A stretch of DNA of 64,000 nt, from assembly GCF_046105845.1 (NCBI RefSeq), contig NZ_CP151004.1. One strand, written 5' to 3'. Position 1 is the stretch's first letter. Each line of letters begins with the position of its first letter. The notes under the pieces were generated by a model. That model searched no databases, was not told the DNA's origin, and saw nothing but the letters and a program-made list of their open reading frames with translations. This stretch comes from Escherichia coli (GTDB lineage: Bacteria; Pseudomonadota; Gammaproteobacteria; Enterobacterales; Enterobacteriaceae). A program made the translations under genes and the position numbers. Positions 1 to 10,473 of the stretch are shown here, piece by piece.

Positions 1-474
1 GGTGCCTTTGTAGACCAGACGAAATTGCGGCACGCCTTCGGTCATAAATTTTTGAAAAGTAAACTCTACATCGCGGGCAGTAATGGGAGAACCATCATGA
101 AAACGGGCGCGCGGATTAATAGCGACCTCCACCCAGGAATAATCGTCAGCATAGCGTGCGCTTTCAGCAATCAGCGGGTAATAACTGCCTGGTTCGTCAT
201 CGGAAGTCGTAAATAGCGTGTCGTACAGCTGCTCGGTGCGTGCGCCCGGGTTGCCGCGCAGTGCATAGCGGTTGAAATTATCGAAGGTGCCGAGGGCTGA
301 CAACGTTATCTGCCCCCCTTTTGGCGCGGCGGGGTTCACATAATCAAAATGGTTGAAATTAAACGCGTACCGGGGTTCGCCCAGCACGGCAAAGGCATAG
401 CTTTCCTTGATAGCCTGCGCCTGCGCACCGAAGGTGAACAGAGCGATAAACAGCAGCAGTATGCGCACAATCAT
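1..474 (-). CDS. yejA: Periplasmic oligopeptide/microcin-C ABC transporter substrate-binding protein, N-terminal part (runs off window start)
   Basis: Reverse-strand ATG at 474-472 translates MIVRILLLFIALFTFGAQAQAIKESYAFAVLGEP... (signal peptide) and stays open to position 1. Not in the ORF track because no stop lies inside the window. Confidence 0.85.
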   Translation of the reverse strand, partial: MIVRILLLFIALFTFGAQAQAIKESYAFAVLGEPRYAFNFNHFDYVNPAAPKGGQITLSALGTFDNFNRYALRGNPGARTEQLYDTLFTTSDDEPGSYYPLIAESARYADDYSWVEVAINPRARFHDGSPITARDVEFTFQKFMTEGVPQFRLVYKGT

Positions 475-555
475 CTGCAACGGATTTCCTTTTACTCATC
501 ATTAGCCGCAATCCGGCATGCTTTCACTATGAATAATAAGGGACGTAAGCACACC

Positions 556-2112
556 TTACCACTGCGGCGTATACGGTTTCTTCAGCCAGCGGACAAAATC
601 GTCCAGCGGTAACGGGCGACTAATCCAGTAGCCTTGCATGAAATTAACGCCGCGTTCGCTTAGCCATCGCGCCTGTTCCGGCGTTTCGACCCCTTCAGCA
701 ACCGTCAGCATATTGAGGCGTTTCGCCAGCGTCAGCACCGCGTCAAGTACGGGTGAAGTGATCGTTTCCGTACCGATGGCGTTGATAAATCCACGGTCAA
801 TTTTCAGATAATCGAGCGTAAAACGCTCAAGATAGATAAGCGCGCTGTGCCCGGTGCCGAAGTCATCAATAGCAATTTCTACGCCGACCGAGTGTAGCCA
901 GGCGAAGAGTTGTGTGGCTTCTTGCTCTTTCAGCATATCGCGCTCGGTAATTTCCAGCACAATCTGGAAGTGGTGCGCGGGTAGGGAAGTGAGCAGTTTC
1001 TGGATATCTGCTTTAAAGCTTTCGCTGTGCAGATGGTCCGGCGCAATGTTAATGCCAAATTTGACGCCTACCGGCAGTACTTTTTCTAATTCTGCGGCAT
1101 CGCGGGCAATTAACTCAAACAGGTGCTGAGTCAGCGGCACAATCATCTTTTGCGATTCGGCAAAGTTAATGAAGGCATCCGGGGGAATTTCTCCCGCTAC
1201 AGGATGCCGCCAGCGTAGCAGTACTTCCAGGCCCGTTACCCGCAAAGCTTGTGTATCCACCACCGGTTGATACGCCACGTAAAATTGTTCGCGCTTGATG
1301 GCGGTCATGATTTCTCTGCCGGGGCGCATACGTACGCTCATCAGGTAATAGCAAAGCAGGCCAACGACAGTTCCACTCATGCCGCCCAGTAAAAATGCGT
1401 ACCACACATCGTTCCATGTCCAGTCATCCGCATAAAGCCGAACGGTCAGAGGAATGCCCGCAATTTTAGTTTCACGGACCGGCATGTCGGTTAATTCATT
1501 AACGTTCATCAAACGTGACGAAAAGGTAGATAGCGCAGTATTGCCAATAATGAGGGCGACGCCATCGTAATCTTCCTGCCGTGAACTATAAAAGAGAGAA
1601 GGCGTCAGATTGAGATTCAGCGCGGCAAAGACGCCGCTATTTTTCAACAACGGGTTGCGATACCAAATGACGATTGCGGGTTTGTTCGGCACCATCGGCG
1701 TGCCGGGTAAGATCGCCATATCGACGTTTTTATTAATGTCGAGCGCCGGAATCAATTCATTGAGTGGAATGTCCATCTCACCAGTCGCAGATGAACAGAA
1801 TGTTTTTTTATCTTTTACCAGCACAAACGTACGGACATTCATGCTAAACGCCGCGCGGGCAGTCAGTTCGGGGTTAGCCTGCTGGCAGGTATCTAAGGTC
1901 AGCGGCTGGAGCCGGTCAGTAGTGGATTTCAGGTCGGCAAAATAGGTATCGAGATACTTTTGTACGTCGGTAATCAGTGTGTCGTATTTGACTTCGTGCT
2001 TATGCCAGGCCACTAAAAACTGAAGGCAGCTCACCAGTATCGCAATCATCACGCCTGCAACAATGCAGGTAAGCAGGAGCTTACGTCCAGAATTGGGAGC
2101 GCGTATGAACAT
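556..2112 (-). CDS. rtn: c-di-GMP phosphodiesterase, membrane sensor plus EAL domain
   Basis: 518-aa ORF with an N-terminal TM segment, a periplasmic region, and EAL signatures (…EVLLRWRHP…, …IAIDDFGTGHSALIYL…). Confidence 0.9.
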   Translation of the reverse strand: MFIRAPNSGRKLLLTCIVAGVMIAILVSCLQFLVAWHKHEVKYDTLITDVQKYLDTYFADLKSTTDRLQPLTLDTCQQANPELTARAAFSMNVRTFVLVKDKKTFCSSATGEMDIPLNELIPALDINKNVDMAILPGTPMVPNKPAIVIWYRNPLLKNSGVFAALNLNLTPSLFYSSRQEDYDGVALIIGNTALSTFSSRLMNVNELTDMPVRETKIAGIPLTVRLYADDWTWNDVWYAFLLGGMSGTVVGLLCYYLMSVRMRPGREIMTAIKREQFYVAYQPVVDTQALRVTGLEVLLRWRHPVAGEIPPDAFINFAESQKMIVPLTQHLFELIARDAAELEKVLPVGVKFGINIAPDHLHSESFKADIQKLLTSLPAHHFQIVLEITERDMLKEQEATQLFAWLHSVGVEIAIDDFGTGHSALIYLERFTLDYLKIDRGFINAIGTETITSPVLDAVLTLAKRLNMLTVAEGVETPEQARWLSERGVNFMQGYWISRPLPLDDFVRWLKKPYTPQW

Positions 2113-2211
2113 GATTCCGTTAATTTCCTGAAATTACGACAACATTTAAAAGATAACAATGACCGGACTATAGCCTGGATCAAGACGCGGAAACATCATT
2201 TTCTCTGATGA

Positions 2212-2246
2212 ATGAAAACAAAAAAGCACTGCCTAAGCAGTGCTTT
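2212..2246 (-). terminator. Intrinsic terminator downstream of mepS
   Basis: Perfect 10-bp stem (aaagcactgc / gcagtgcttt, loop ctaa) followed on the reverse strand by a T-rich run (ttttttgtttt). Confidence 0.75.
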
Positions 2247-2292
2247 CAGTTAACTCGTCAGGATAGCCAAGGGATTGCATCCAAACGGTTTA

Positions 2293-2859
2293 TTAGCTGC
2301 GGCTGAGAACCCGGCGTGCTTCGTTGTAACGCTTCTTCCAGTACGGTTCATTCATGCTGGAAATAATAACACCACTGCTGGTGGAAGCATGGACAAACTG
2401 ATTGTTGCCGATATAAATACCGACATGGCGTCCTGTTGAACCGGCACGGAACAGAACTAAATCACCCGTACGCAAATTACTGCGGGAAACAGATTTACCC
2501 ATTTCCTGCTGTTCGTAAGTCGAACGCGGAAGTTCTAAGCCAAATTGCTCACGGAATGTACGCTGTACGAAACCAGAACAATCGATACCTTTTTTAGTGC
2601 TGCCGCCCAGACGATAGCGTACGCCTTTCCAGTCAGCATACTGATCCATAATTCGCGATTTTACGTCGACATTACGAACCAGGTTTTCAAATTCATCCTG
2701 AGAAGCTTGCAGTGATGATGTTTCACTACCCACTGCACGTGTCTCAGGATGCATATTCTTTGCGGTGTTATTTGCACTACATGCAGAAAGCAGAACCGCT
2801 ACTGCAATCGCGGGGATCCCGCGCAAGATATATCTCAAAATCGGTTGAGATTTGACCAT
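2293..2859 (-). CDS. mepS: Murein DD-endopeptidase / LD-carboxypeptidase, NlpC/P60 lipoprotein
   Basis: 188-aa ORF with a lipoprotein signal (…AVLLSAC) and an NlpC/P60 catalytic Cys context (…GIDCSGFV…). Confidence 0.93.
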
Positions 2860-3270
2860 GTTGTTTGTTTTCCCTTGAAGTCCTTAACGACAAATATCGT
2901 TATAAAAAAATGCCAAGCGACACGAGACTAATTACCTGGGCATGTTGAAACAATTCCTTAAGGCCAAATCTGTGGACTAACGCACAAAATTATATGCTGT
3001 GAGGATAATCTACCGCCGAGGCAAAACGAGTTCGAGATTACCCGATTGGTGCGGTCTTGGCGAGCGGTTTTACATGATTTTTTATAAGAAAAAGTGATAC
3101 AGAAAGTTAATAAACGGGATTGGTCAATTAAAGTACGATTGAGTGAAACGCATGCAATCCATTCATTTACTTAGAGAATGATTTTTGCGCGCGATGGATG
3201 AAAGCACGGTGCGCATCATCAGGATTATCCTCACTATAAAAATAACCCTGATGATGTTAATTACTGTGAG

Positions 3271-3984
3271 TTATTTGTTTTGGAAATGTTTGTTTTTTCC
3301 CGGTAGTGATTTGTCAAAAAAGGTGATTAATCGATCACTTAATGGCGTCAGCAACACCCAGGGCAAACCGATTAATATCACGGTCATCGAACCGACAATG
3401 ATGTCAGTAAACCAGTGTGCGCCAATCATTACTCTGGGAAACGCAAAAACCACAAAAATAATAAGGGCGATAAGGCCTGCAACTTTGCCGAAATAACGCC
3501 ACATGAATGCCGAAAAAATAAGCAGCATCATACCGTGATCGCCGGGAAAGCTATCTCGTGAGGCATCTTTAGTGGGAACAGAGAGCAGTTCGCTGACGCG
3601 GTTAATATCGGTAAAAGTCAATGTTGGGCTGGCCCGTTTTACAGGAATTAATGCCTGACCCAGCTGGTTTAATACCACTGCAGTTAATAGCATGACCAGA
3701 CCAATAATCACGATACGTCGTCTGCCTGGGGCGTTTTCTTTCAGCCAGAAACTCAGCATCAACATTCCCATCGCCAGCAGTGAACAACCGTCGAAAGCGC
3801 GATTGTTGGTCAATGCAACCAGCCACAAAAAGGCCTTACTTTCGACCAGTTTCTGATTAAAGAAATAAAAAATATCCGCATCAATCGGCAACCAGAATCC
3901 ATGATTAACGGGTATATACCAGGAAAGAAACAGCGCGAGGCCGACAATATTCAACAACACTATTTGCGGCAAATTTTTAATCAT
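3271..3984 (-). CDS. lpxT: Lipid A 1-diphosphate synthase (PAP2-family phosphotransferase)
   Basis: 237 aa from ATG at 3984-3982 (MIKNLPQIVLL…); the track ORF from 4020 is over-extended at the 5' end. Multi-TM with PAP2 motifs (…PGDHG…, …GAHWFTD…). Confidence 0.85.
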   Translation of the reverse strand: MIKNLPQIVLLNIVGLALFLSWYIPVNHGFWLPIDADIFYFFNQKLVESKAFLWLVALTNNRAFDGCSLLAMGMLMLSFWLKENAPGRRRIVIIGLVMLLTAVVLNQLGQALIPVKRASPTLTFTDINRVSELLSVPTKDASRDSFPGDHGMMLLIFSAFMWRYFGKVAGLIALIIFVVFAFPRVMIGAHWFTDIIVGSMTVILIGLPWVLLTPLSDRLITFFDKSLPGKNKHFQNK

Positions 3985-4022
3985 ATTTTCTCTAATTATC
4001 TTACTGAAAAACGCAGGCAACC

Positions 4023-5009
4023 TTACGCGGTAGTCGCTAAACGAAGCTTCAACAGCGCGCTCTGCAAGGCATTCCAGTCAGCTTCGCTGCTGGAAATCAG
4101 CTCAATACGACTGTCCGGTGGCGCAACGTTTTGCGTTTCAATGTGCAGGTCATCGCCCTGACGGTTGATTCGCACCAGCCCTTCGGGAATACGCATCACG
4201 CCTTTGACGCGTTCCACCGGTGCAAGTCGCGCCCATTCCAGAATGCCAATGGTGTCGAATACCGTATCAGCGTCGAATATCCAGCCACAGGCCTGATATC
4301 CTTGCCCGCTGTTCAGACTGCGACGCCAGCGTTGATGCTCTGGCAGGCTTAACGCTGCTAACCCTTTTTTCACGCCATGCTGATGAGAATGCGCGGCGCT
4401 GGCGGGCAACTCGGCTAAATTGCGACGCGGCAAATCCAGAAGATGACCGTCAACTTTCCCATGCTCACTGTGAATTAATTGTCGATCGCCACCATTTTGC
4501 TGCCACCAGCGCTGTAGCGCTTGCTCACTTTCAGGCGTCGCACGGTCGGATTTATTGGCGACAATAATGTCTGCGGCAGCCAGCTGGTCACGGAAGTTTT
4601 CATTGCTGGCGCTTTTTTCGTCCAGCAGCAGGCGTGGATCGAGAATGCACAACGTGGCGCGCAGATCTATCCACGGTTCATACACGGGCGCGGTTAAGAG
4701 ATCTAGGATCTGTTTCGGATGACCCAGTCCGGTCGGCTCTATCAACAAGCGGTCTGGTTTTCCCTGACGCAGTAAGGTATTCAATCCTACCTGCATGGGT
4801 AAACCATTAACGCAGCACATGCAGCCGCCGGGGATCTCTTTCAGCAGTGCGCCGCTATCGGCGAGCAAAGCACCATCAATTCCGACTTCCCCAAATTCAT
4901 TAACCAGTACCGCCCATTTTTCGTTGGGATCTTTATGGGCTAACAGATGAAGAATCGACGTGGTTTTCCCGCTGCCGAGAAAACCGGTGATGAGGTTGGT
5001 CCTGGTCAC
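4023..5009 (-). CDS. yeiR: COG0523 / CobW-family Zn-associated GTPase
   Basis: 328-aa ORF with N-terminal Walker A (GFLGSGKTT), a CobW-like fold and a His-rich stretch (…SAAHSHQHG…). Ends 38 bp upstream of lpxT on the same strand. Confidence 0.9.
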   Translation of the reverse strand: MTRTNLITGFLGSGKTTSILHLLAHKDPNEKWAVLVNEFGEVGIDGALLADSGALLKEIPGGCMCCVNGLPMQVGLNTLLRQGKPDRLLIEPTGLGHPKQILDLLTAPVYEPWIDLRATLCILDPRLLLDEKSASNENFRDQLAAADIIVANKSDRATPESEQALQRWWQQNGGDRQLIHSEHGKVDGHLLDLPRRNLAELPASAAHSHQHGVKKGLAALSLPEHQRWRRSLNSGQGYQACGWIFDADTVFDTIGILEWARLAPVERVKGVMRIPEGLVRINRQGDDLHIETQNVAPPDSRIELISSSEADWNALQSALLKLRLATTA

Positions 5010-5126
5010 AACGGCTCCGCAATACTCTGGTAAGTTAACTGAGCGTTAATCCTGGCTAAAAAAGGCAGAAAAGAGAAGGGGAGAGCGGACGAAGGCGAGC
5101 TTCATCCGCTTTAACCGCAGAAATCG

Positions 5127-6593
5127 TTAAATTTTGAGGGTGTTTAATAGCGCCTGATGTGCGCCGAATTGTACGATTTGTTGCCAGGCTCGTTCGATGG
5201 CCTGCACAAAATGCGGGTTATCTGGCAGATCATCACCGAAAACTTCACGCAGAGAAAGCAGGGCGGTTACGCGTTGTTCACTGCTACTGCCCGCAACAAG
5301 TTCGCAAATTTTATCGCTAAGCGGATCGCGAACATCAATGGCATTTCCGGCATCATCAACGCCGCTGACGTAACGCATCCAGCCTGCAACGCCTAATGCC
5401 AGCAACGACCAGTCCGTTTCGCGCGCCAGATGTATGCGAATACCTGCCAGCATACGTTGCGGTAATTTCTGGCTCCCATCCATCGCGATTTGCCAGGTCT
5501 TATGTTTCAGCGCCGGGTTAGCAAAACGTGCAATTAACTTATCCGCATATTGTGTTAAATCGACATCTTTAATTCGCAGTGTCGGCGCTTGCTCATCCAG
5601 CATTAATGCTCTGGCGGCATGGCGAAATGTACGATCCTGCATGCAATCACTGATATGGGCGAATCCTGAGAGGTAACCCAGATAAGCGAGAAAAGAGTGG
5701 CTGCCATTAAGCATACGCAGTTTCATCTCTTCCCATGGCAGGACATCATGCACCATTTGTACACCTGCGACTTCCCAGGCAGGACGCCCAGCGACGAAGT
5801 TATCTTCCACCACCCACTGGATAAACGGTTCGCAGCTAATCGCGCAGGGATCATTTACCCCCAGATGCTGGCTGATTTCCGCCAGTGATTCGTCGGTTGC
5901 TGCCGGAACAATACGGTCGACCATGGTTCCCGGAAAACTGACGTGTTCTTTTATCCACCCGGCGAGTTCTGGCGAACGTTTTTCCGCCATCCCCAGCACC
6001 GCGTTTTTCACCACATGGCCATTGTCGGGAATATTGTCGCAGGAGAGTACGGTAAACGGTGCAAGGCCGCGTTCACGGCGTCGTTTCAGTGCTTCGACGA
6101 GAATACCCGGCGCGGAGTGAGGTTCTTCAGGATTTTGAAGATCGTGAATAATCCGCAGATTGCTGGTGTCGAGTGCACCGGTGGCCGGGTCAATACAATA
6201 GCCTTTTTCGGTAATCGTCAGGGAAACAATTGCCACCTGTGGCTCGCAAAATTTCTCAATAATTGCCGCTAAGGAATCCAGTTTTGCATTCAGGCATTCG
6301 TGAACGGCACCGACAATTATCGCCTGATTGCCGTCCGCACCTTTCTCCAGCACGGTATATAAATGGTTCTGTGCGCGGAGCTGGCTCATCAGTTGATCGC
6401 CGCTGAACAAGCTGATCTCACAGATCCCCCAGTCGCCGCCCTGGGCATTCAACACACGATCGGTCAGTAACGCCTGATGTGCGCGGTGAAAGGCTCCAAA
6501 GCCAAAATGAACGATACGTGATTGCAACTGCTGGCGATCGTAGCGTGGAGCGTGTACATGATGCGGGAGCGTAGCGGAGGCGATTGTATTCAT
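5127..6593 (-). CDS. yeiQ: Mannitol-dehydrogenase-family oxidoreductase
   Basis: 488 aa from ATG 6593 (GTG at 6602 would add 3 aa). N-terminal Rossmann segment (…HFGFGAFHRAHQA…). Confidence 0.88.
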   Translation of the reverse strand: MNTIASATLPHHVHAPRYDRQQLQSRIVHFGFGAFHRAHQALLTDRVLNAQGGDWGICEISLFSGDQLMSQLRAQNHLYTVLEKGADGNQAIIVGAVHECLNAKLDSLAAIIEKFCEPQVAIVSLTITEKGYCIDPATGALDTSNLRIIHDLQNPEEPHSAPGILVEALKRRRERGLAPFTVLSCDNIPDNGHVVKNAVLGMAEKRSPELAGWIKEHVSFPGTMVDRIVPAATDESLAEISQHLGVNDPCAISCEPFIQWVVEDNFVAGRPAWEVAGVQMVHDVLPWEEMKLRMLNGSHSFLAYLGYLSGFAHISDCMQDRTFRHAARALMLDEQAPTLRIKDVDLTQYADKLIARFANPALKHKTWQIAMDGSQKLPQRMLAGIRIHLARETDWSLLALGVAGWMRYVSGVDDAGNAIDVRDPLSDKICELVAGSSSEQRVTALLSLREVFGDDLPDNPHFVQAIERAWQQIVQFGAHQALLNTLKI

Positions 6594-6764
6594 AGGAGTC
6601 ACGTCTTAGTAACGATTGATTAACAATGACAGTGTAAAGTTATATGACAGCAATTGAAATTGGTCTGGATTGTTAATGCGATGAAGTGTGAGGGCGATCA
6701 ATGAACTGGTGAATATTACGGGAGAACTATATTCAGGAAGCGCAAAATAGAAGATTGGTATAAT

Positions 6765-6799
6765 AAATTAAAAAAGGGACAGCCTGAGCTATCCCTTTT
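6765..6799 (-). terminator. Putative intrinsic terminator downstream of yeiP
   Basis: AT-rich 8-bp stem (aaaaggga / tccctttt) with a 12-nt loop and trailing T-run on the reverse strand; weak stem. Confidence 0.4.
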
Positions 6800-6815
6800 C
6801 TGCATGCGGCTGAAG

Positions 6816-7388
6816 TTAGTCAGCACGACCCATATAACGGCGTTCTTCGATATGGATACGAATTTTTTCGCCCGGGCTTAAGTATTCTGGTACCTGAATC
6901 ACCAGACCAGTGCTCAATGTCGCCGGTTTGTTACGGGCGCTGGCAGATGCCCCTTTGATGCCAGGTGCGGTTTCAACGATTTCCAGATCAACGGTCTGCG
7001 GCAGCTCAAGCGCCAGCAGTTGACCGTCCCAGGTCAGCACCTGCATGTCCGGCATGCCGCCCTCAGGCATAAACAGCAACTCTTCTTCAATCTGATCTTT
7101 GGTGAAGGTATACGGGGTATAGTCTTCTTTATCCATAAAGACATATTCGTTGCCATCGACATAGGAGAAGTCAACGTAACGGCGGGTCAGCGTCACGGTG
7201 TCAACGATATCATCACCTTTGAAACGCTCTTCTACTTTCAGCCCGGTACGGACATCAGAAAAACGCATTTTGTACAGCGTAGCGGCACCGCGGGCAGTGG
7301 GCGACTGAATATCAATGTCCTTAACCAGCAGCAGTTTGCCGTTGTAATTCAGTACCATACCTTTTTTAATTTCGTTCGCTCTTGGCAT
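6816..7388 (-). CDS. yeiP: Elongation factor P-like protein
   Basis: 190 aa from ATG at 7388-7386 ([22 protein letters not shown]…, EF-P fold). The 275-aa track ORF is a 5' over-extension. Confidence 0.88.
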
Positions 7389-7542
7389 CGAAAAATTCCT
7401 GTAGTCGAAAATGTCAAAAATATCGCGACAAAGTACTCGCGACGGGCCTTTCGGGCAAGTGGTATTCGCACTTTTGCTGGTGCAAAAAAGGTGGTACTGT
7501 GCGCGCTCATCAATCCGGTGGTTAACCTTAAGAGAACAACGT

Positions 7543-7797
7543 ATGGAATGCCGTCCGGGTTGCGGGGCGTGTTGCACCGCCCCTTCAATTTCCAGCCCTA
7601 TTCCCGGTATGCCAGATGGCAAGCCCGCCAATACGCCCTGCATTCAGCTTGATGAACAGCAACGCTGTAAAATTTTCACTTCGCCACTGCGACCGAAAGT
7701 TTGTGCGGGCTTACAAGCCAGCGCTGAAATGTGCGGTAACTCGCGTCAGCAGGCAATGACCTGGCTTATCGATCTGGAAATGCTGACCGCGCCTTAG
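7543..7797 (+). CDS. yeiW: Small cysteine-rich protein (84 aa)
   Basis: ATG at 7543 gives [15 protein letters not shown]… with 8 Cys; the track ORF from 7411 is 5'-extended. Its stop overlaps the setB stop in a convergent arrangement. Confidence 0.75.
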
Positions 7798-8975
7798 ACA
7801 TCTTTAATCCGCAGTAAGCAAAACAGAGTGGCGATAATCATCACCATCGCAAACCAGAACACAGCGTGATAACTCCAGATCTCGGCGACGATGCCCGCCA
7901 CTGATCCTGCGATGATCCAGCCCACGCGCGACGTATTGGTATAGAGCGTGGTGGCTGAACCTGCCTGACCGGGCATCAAATCCTGAAAATAGAGCATCCC
8001 GATGCCGCCCAGAATGCCAATAAAAATAGCATTTAGCAGCTGCAAGCCCAACAGAATGGCAGGTGAATGCGCCATCAGCATTCCTGCGTAAAAACAGACG
8101 CCACCCACGGCAGCAACGCGCATTAAGAAGCGCTTACCCAGACGTTTGGCGAAATATCCGGCAATCAACATGGTCGGGATTTCCAGCCCGGCGGCGGTCC
8201 CCATCATCACACCGGCCAGTTTCTCGGGAAGATGCAGTTCGTTGATAATAAATAGCGGCATGTTGATGATGTACAGGCTGTTCGAGCCCCACATCAATGT
8301 ACAAATGACAAACAGCAGCAGCGTATCGCGACGGTTACGGCGCGGCGCTTCAACCGTGCCGGTCGCCAGCGGAAGCTCTTTTTGCATCGACGGTAAAAAC
8401 AGCCACACCATCACGCCGCAAACAATAAACGCTACCGCTGCGCTCAGATACATTACCGTAAAGCTGAAACCCATCGCTAAGGCATAAGCCAGCGGCGGGC
8501 CAATGACCCATGCCAGTGAAACCTGAGCGCGTAAAAAAGAGCTGAACATCACCGCTTCACGTCCGGTTTTGTCAGCATGTTCACGGGCGAGGGCAAACAT
8601 TTGCGGGTTAGCAGTCGAGCCAAAGCTGCTAAGAAAGACGCCAACGAATAGCAAAACAAAGTAGTTGCGATTCCAGGCAAAAAGAGTGCAGGCCAGCACG
8701 CCTAACAGGCAGCAAAAGACAATCAGCGATTTGCGATCGCCGCGCTTATCAGAGCGCCCGGCGAGAAACTGACTTACCAGAATCCCAATGACAGCGCTGC
8801 CGGTAAAGAAGAATCCCACCATCGCCGGGCGGGCATGTACTTCATCAGTAAGAAAAATACTGAGTGTCGGGGTTTGCAGAGCGCCCGCAATACCGGTGAG
8901 AAAGGCAACGATTAAAAACGCCGTCGAGGTCAGATCAAACGATTTCGCGCTGGAGACTGCGGGGGAGTTATGCAT
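7794..8975 (-). CDS. setB: MFS sugar efflux transporter
   Basis: 393-aa ORF with a 12-TM hydrophobic profile, SetA/SetB family. Confidence 0.9.
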
Positions 8976-9241
8976 GCTGGTCGATCACTGGAAGAGGAAG
9001 ACGCGGAGTTTACGCTGCTTGTCAGAAAATAAACAGACAGCGAAATCAAAAGCGCCACGAATAATCAAAATGCCATTTCACTGTTGCTGATTGGCTGCTG
9101 ACGCTGCTGAAATGAAATTGCTGATAACGGATTTTCCCATCAGCAATTAGGAAAAATGACAAAAAATTGTGCAGCACATCAAACTTTTGCTCATAACTTT
9201 ACGGCTTTCCTTGCGTGCTGAAACAGAAGTATTATGCTTTC

Positions 9242-9255
9242 TTGAAACGTTTCAG
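9242..9255. promoter_or_regulatory. Cra (FruR) operator, fruB promoter
   Basis: Perfect palindrome TTGAAACGTTTCAG matching the Cra consensus half-sites (TGAAAC|GTTTCA), ~90 bp upstream of the fruB ATG. Confidence 0.75.
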
Positions 9256-9307
9256 CGCGATCTTGTCTTTAACCCTAAGCCAGGTTGGCGCTTTTTTTCT
9301 CATAGAA

Positions 9308-9328
9308 GCTGAATCGTTTCAATTCAGC
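9308..9328. promoter_or_regulatory. Second Cra (FruR) operator, fruB leader
   Basis: GCTGAATCGTTTCAATTCAGC, an extended palindrome containing TGAATC|GTTTCA, 15 bp upstream of the fruB ATG. Confidence 0.75.
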
Positions 9329-9342
9329 AAGAGAGGAGAACT

Positions 9343-10473
9343 ATGTTCCAGTTATCCGTACAGGACATCCATCCGGGCGAAAAGGCCGGAGACAAAGAAG
9401 AGGCGATTCGTCAGGTCGCTGCGGCGCTGGTGCAGGCCGGTAATGTAGCTGAAGGCTACGTCAATGGCATGCTGGCGCGCGAACAGCAAACCTCTACGTT
9501 CCTCGGCAATGGTATTGCTATTCCACACGGCACTACCGACACCCGCGATCAGGTGCTGAAAACCGGCGTTCAGGTATTTCAGTTCCCGGAAGGCGTCACC
9601 TGGGGTGACGGCCAGGTAGCGTACGTGGCGATCGGTATTGCTGCCAGCTCGGATGAACATTTGGGCCTGCTACGCCAGCTGACCCACGTACTGAGCGATG
9701 ATTCCGTTGCTGAACAACTGAAGTCAGCAACAACAGCAGAAGAACTTCGCGCATTGCTGATGGGCGAAAAGCAGAGTGAGCAGCTGAAGCTCGACAACGA
9801 AATGCTGACGCTGGATATCGTCGCCAGCGATCTGCTGACTCTTCAGGCGCTGAACGCTGCACGTCTGAAAGAAGCGGGGGCAGTTGACGCCACTTTCGTC
9901 ACCAAAGCCATCAATGAACAACCGCTGAACCTCGGACAGGGCATCTGGCTGAGCGATAGCGCCGAAGGCAATCTGCGTAGCGCGATTGCGGTAAGCCGTG
10001 CGGCAAATGCTTTTGATGTGGACGGCGAAACGGCAGCCATGCTGGTGAGTGTGGCGATGAATGACGATCAGCCCATTGCGGTTCTTAAGCGTCTCGCTGA
10101 TTTGTTACTCGACAATAAAGCTGACCGCTTGCTGAAAGCGGATGCGGCAACGTTGCTGGCGCTGCTGACCAGCGATGATGCGCTGACCGACGACGTGTTA
10201 AGCGCGGAGTTTGTGGTGCGCAATGAACACGGCCTGCATGCTCGTCCAGGTACCATGCTGGTCAATACCATTAAACAATTTAACAGTGATATTACCGTGA
10301 CAAACCTTGATGGCACCGGCAAACCGGCAAACGGACGTAGTCTGATGAAAGTTGTGGCACTTGGCGTTAAGAAAGGTCATCGCCTACGCTTTACCGCCCA
10401 GGGTGCAGATGCTGAACAGGCGCTGAAAGCCATTGGCGACGCTATCGCTGCTGGTCTTGGGGAGGGCGCATAA
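9343..10473 (+). CDS. fruB: PTS fructose-specific multiphosphoryl transfer protein (EIIA-M-HPr-like, FPr)
   Basis: 376-aa ORF with a C-terminal HPr-like domain (…[14 protein letters not shown]…). Shine-Dalgarno gagaggag at 9331-9338. First gene of fruBKA. Confidence 0.93.
   Translation: MFQLSVQDIHPGEKAGDKEEAIRQVAAALVQAGNVAEGYVNGMLAREQQTSTFLGNGIAIPHGTTDTRDQVLKTGVQVFQFPEGVTWGDGQVAYVAIGIAASSDEHLGLLRQLTHVLSDDSVAEQLKSATTAEELRALLMGEKQSEQLKLDNEMLTLDIVASDLLTLQALNAARLKEAGAVDATFVTKAINEQPLNLGQGIWLSDSAEGNLRSAIAVSRAANAFDVDGETAAMLVSVAMNDDQPIAVLKRLADLLLDNKADRLLKADAATLLALLTSDDALTDDVLSAEFVVRNEHGLHARPGTMLVNTIKQFNSDITVTNLDGTGKPANGRSLMKVVALGVKKGHRLRFTAQGADAEQALKAIGDAIAAGLGEGA

Noticed and set aside
25-612. Forward-strand ORFs at 25-216 and 349-612
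   Set aside because: They lie antisense to the yejA N-terminal coding region and the yejA–rtn spacer; the reverse-strand reading matches a periplasmic binding protein with a clear signal peptide.
7020-7652. 210-aa forward ORF overlapping yeiP on the opposite strand
   Set aside because: Antisense to the EF-P-like gene and running into yeiW; no independent support.
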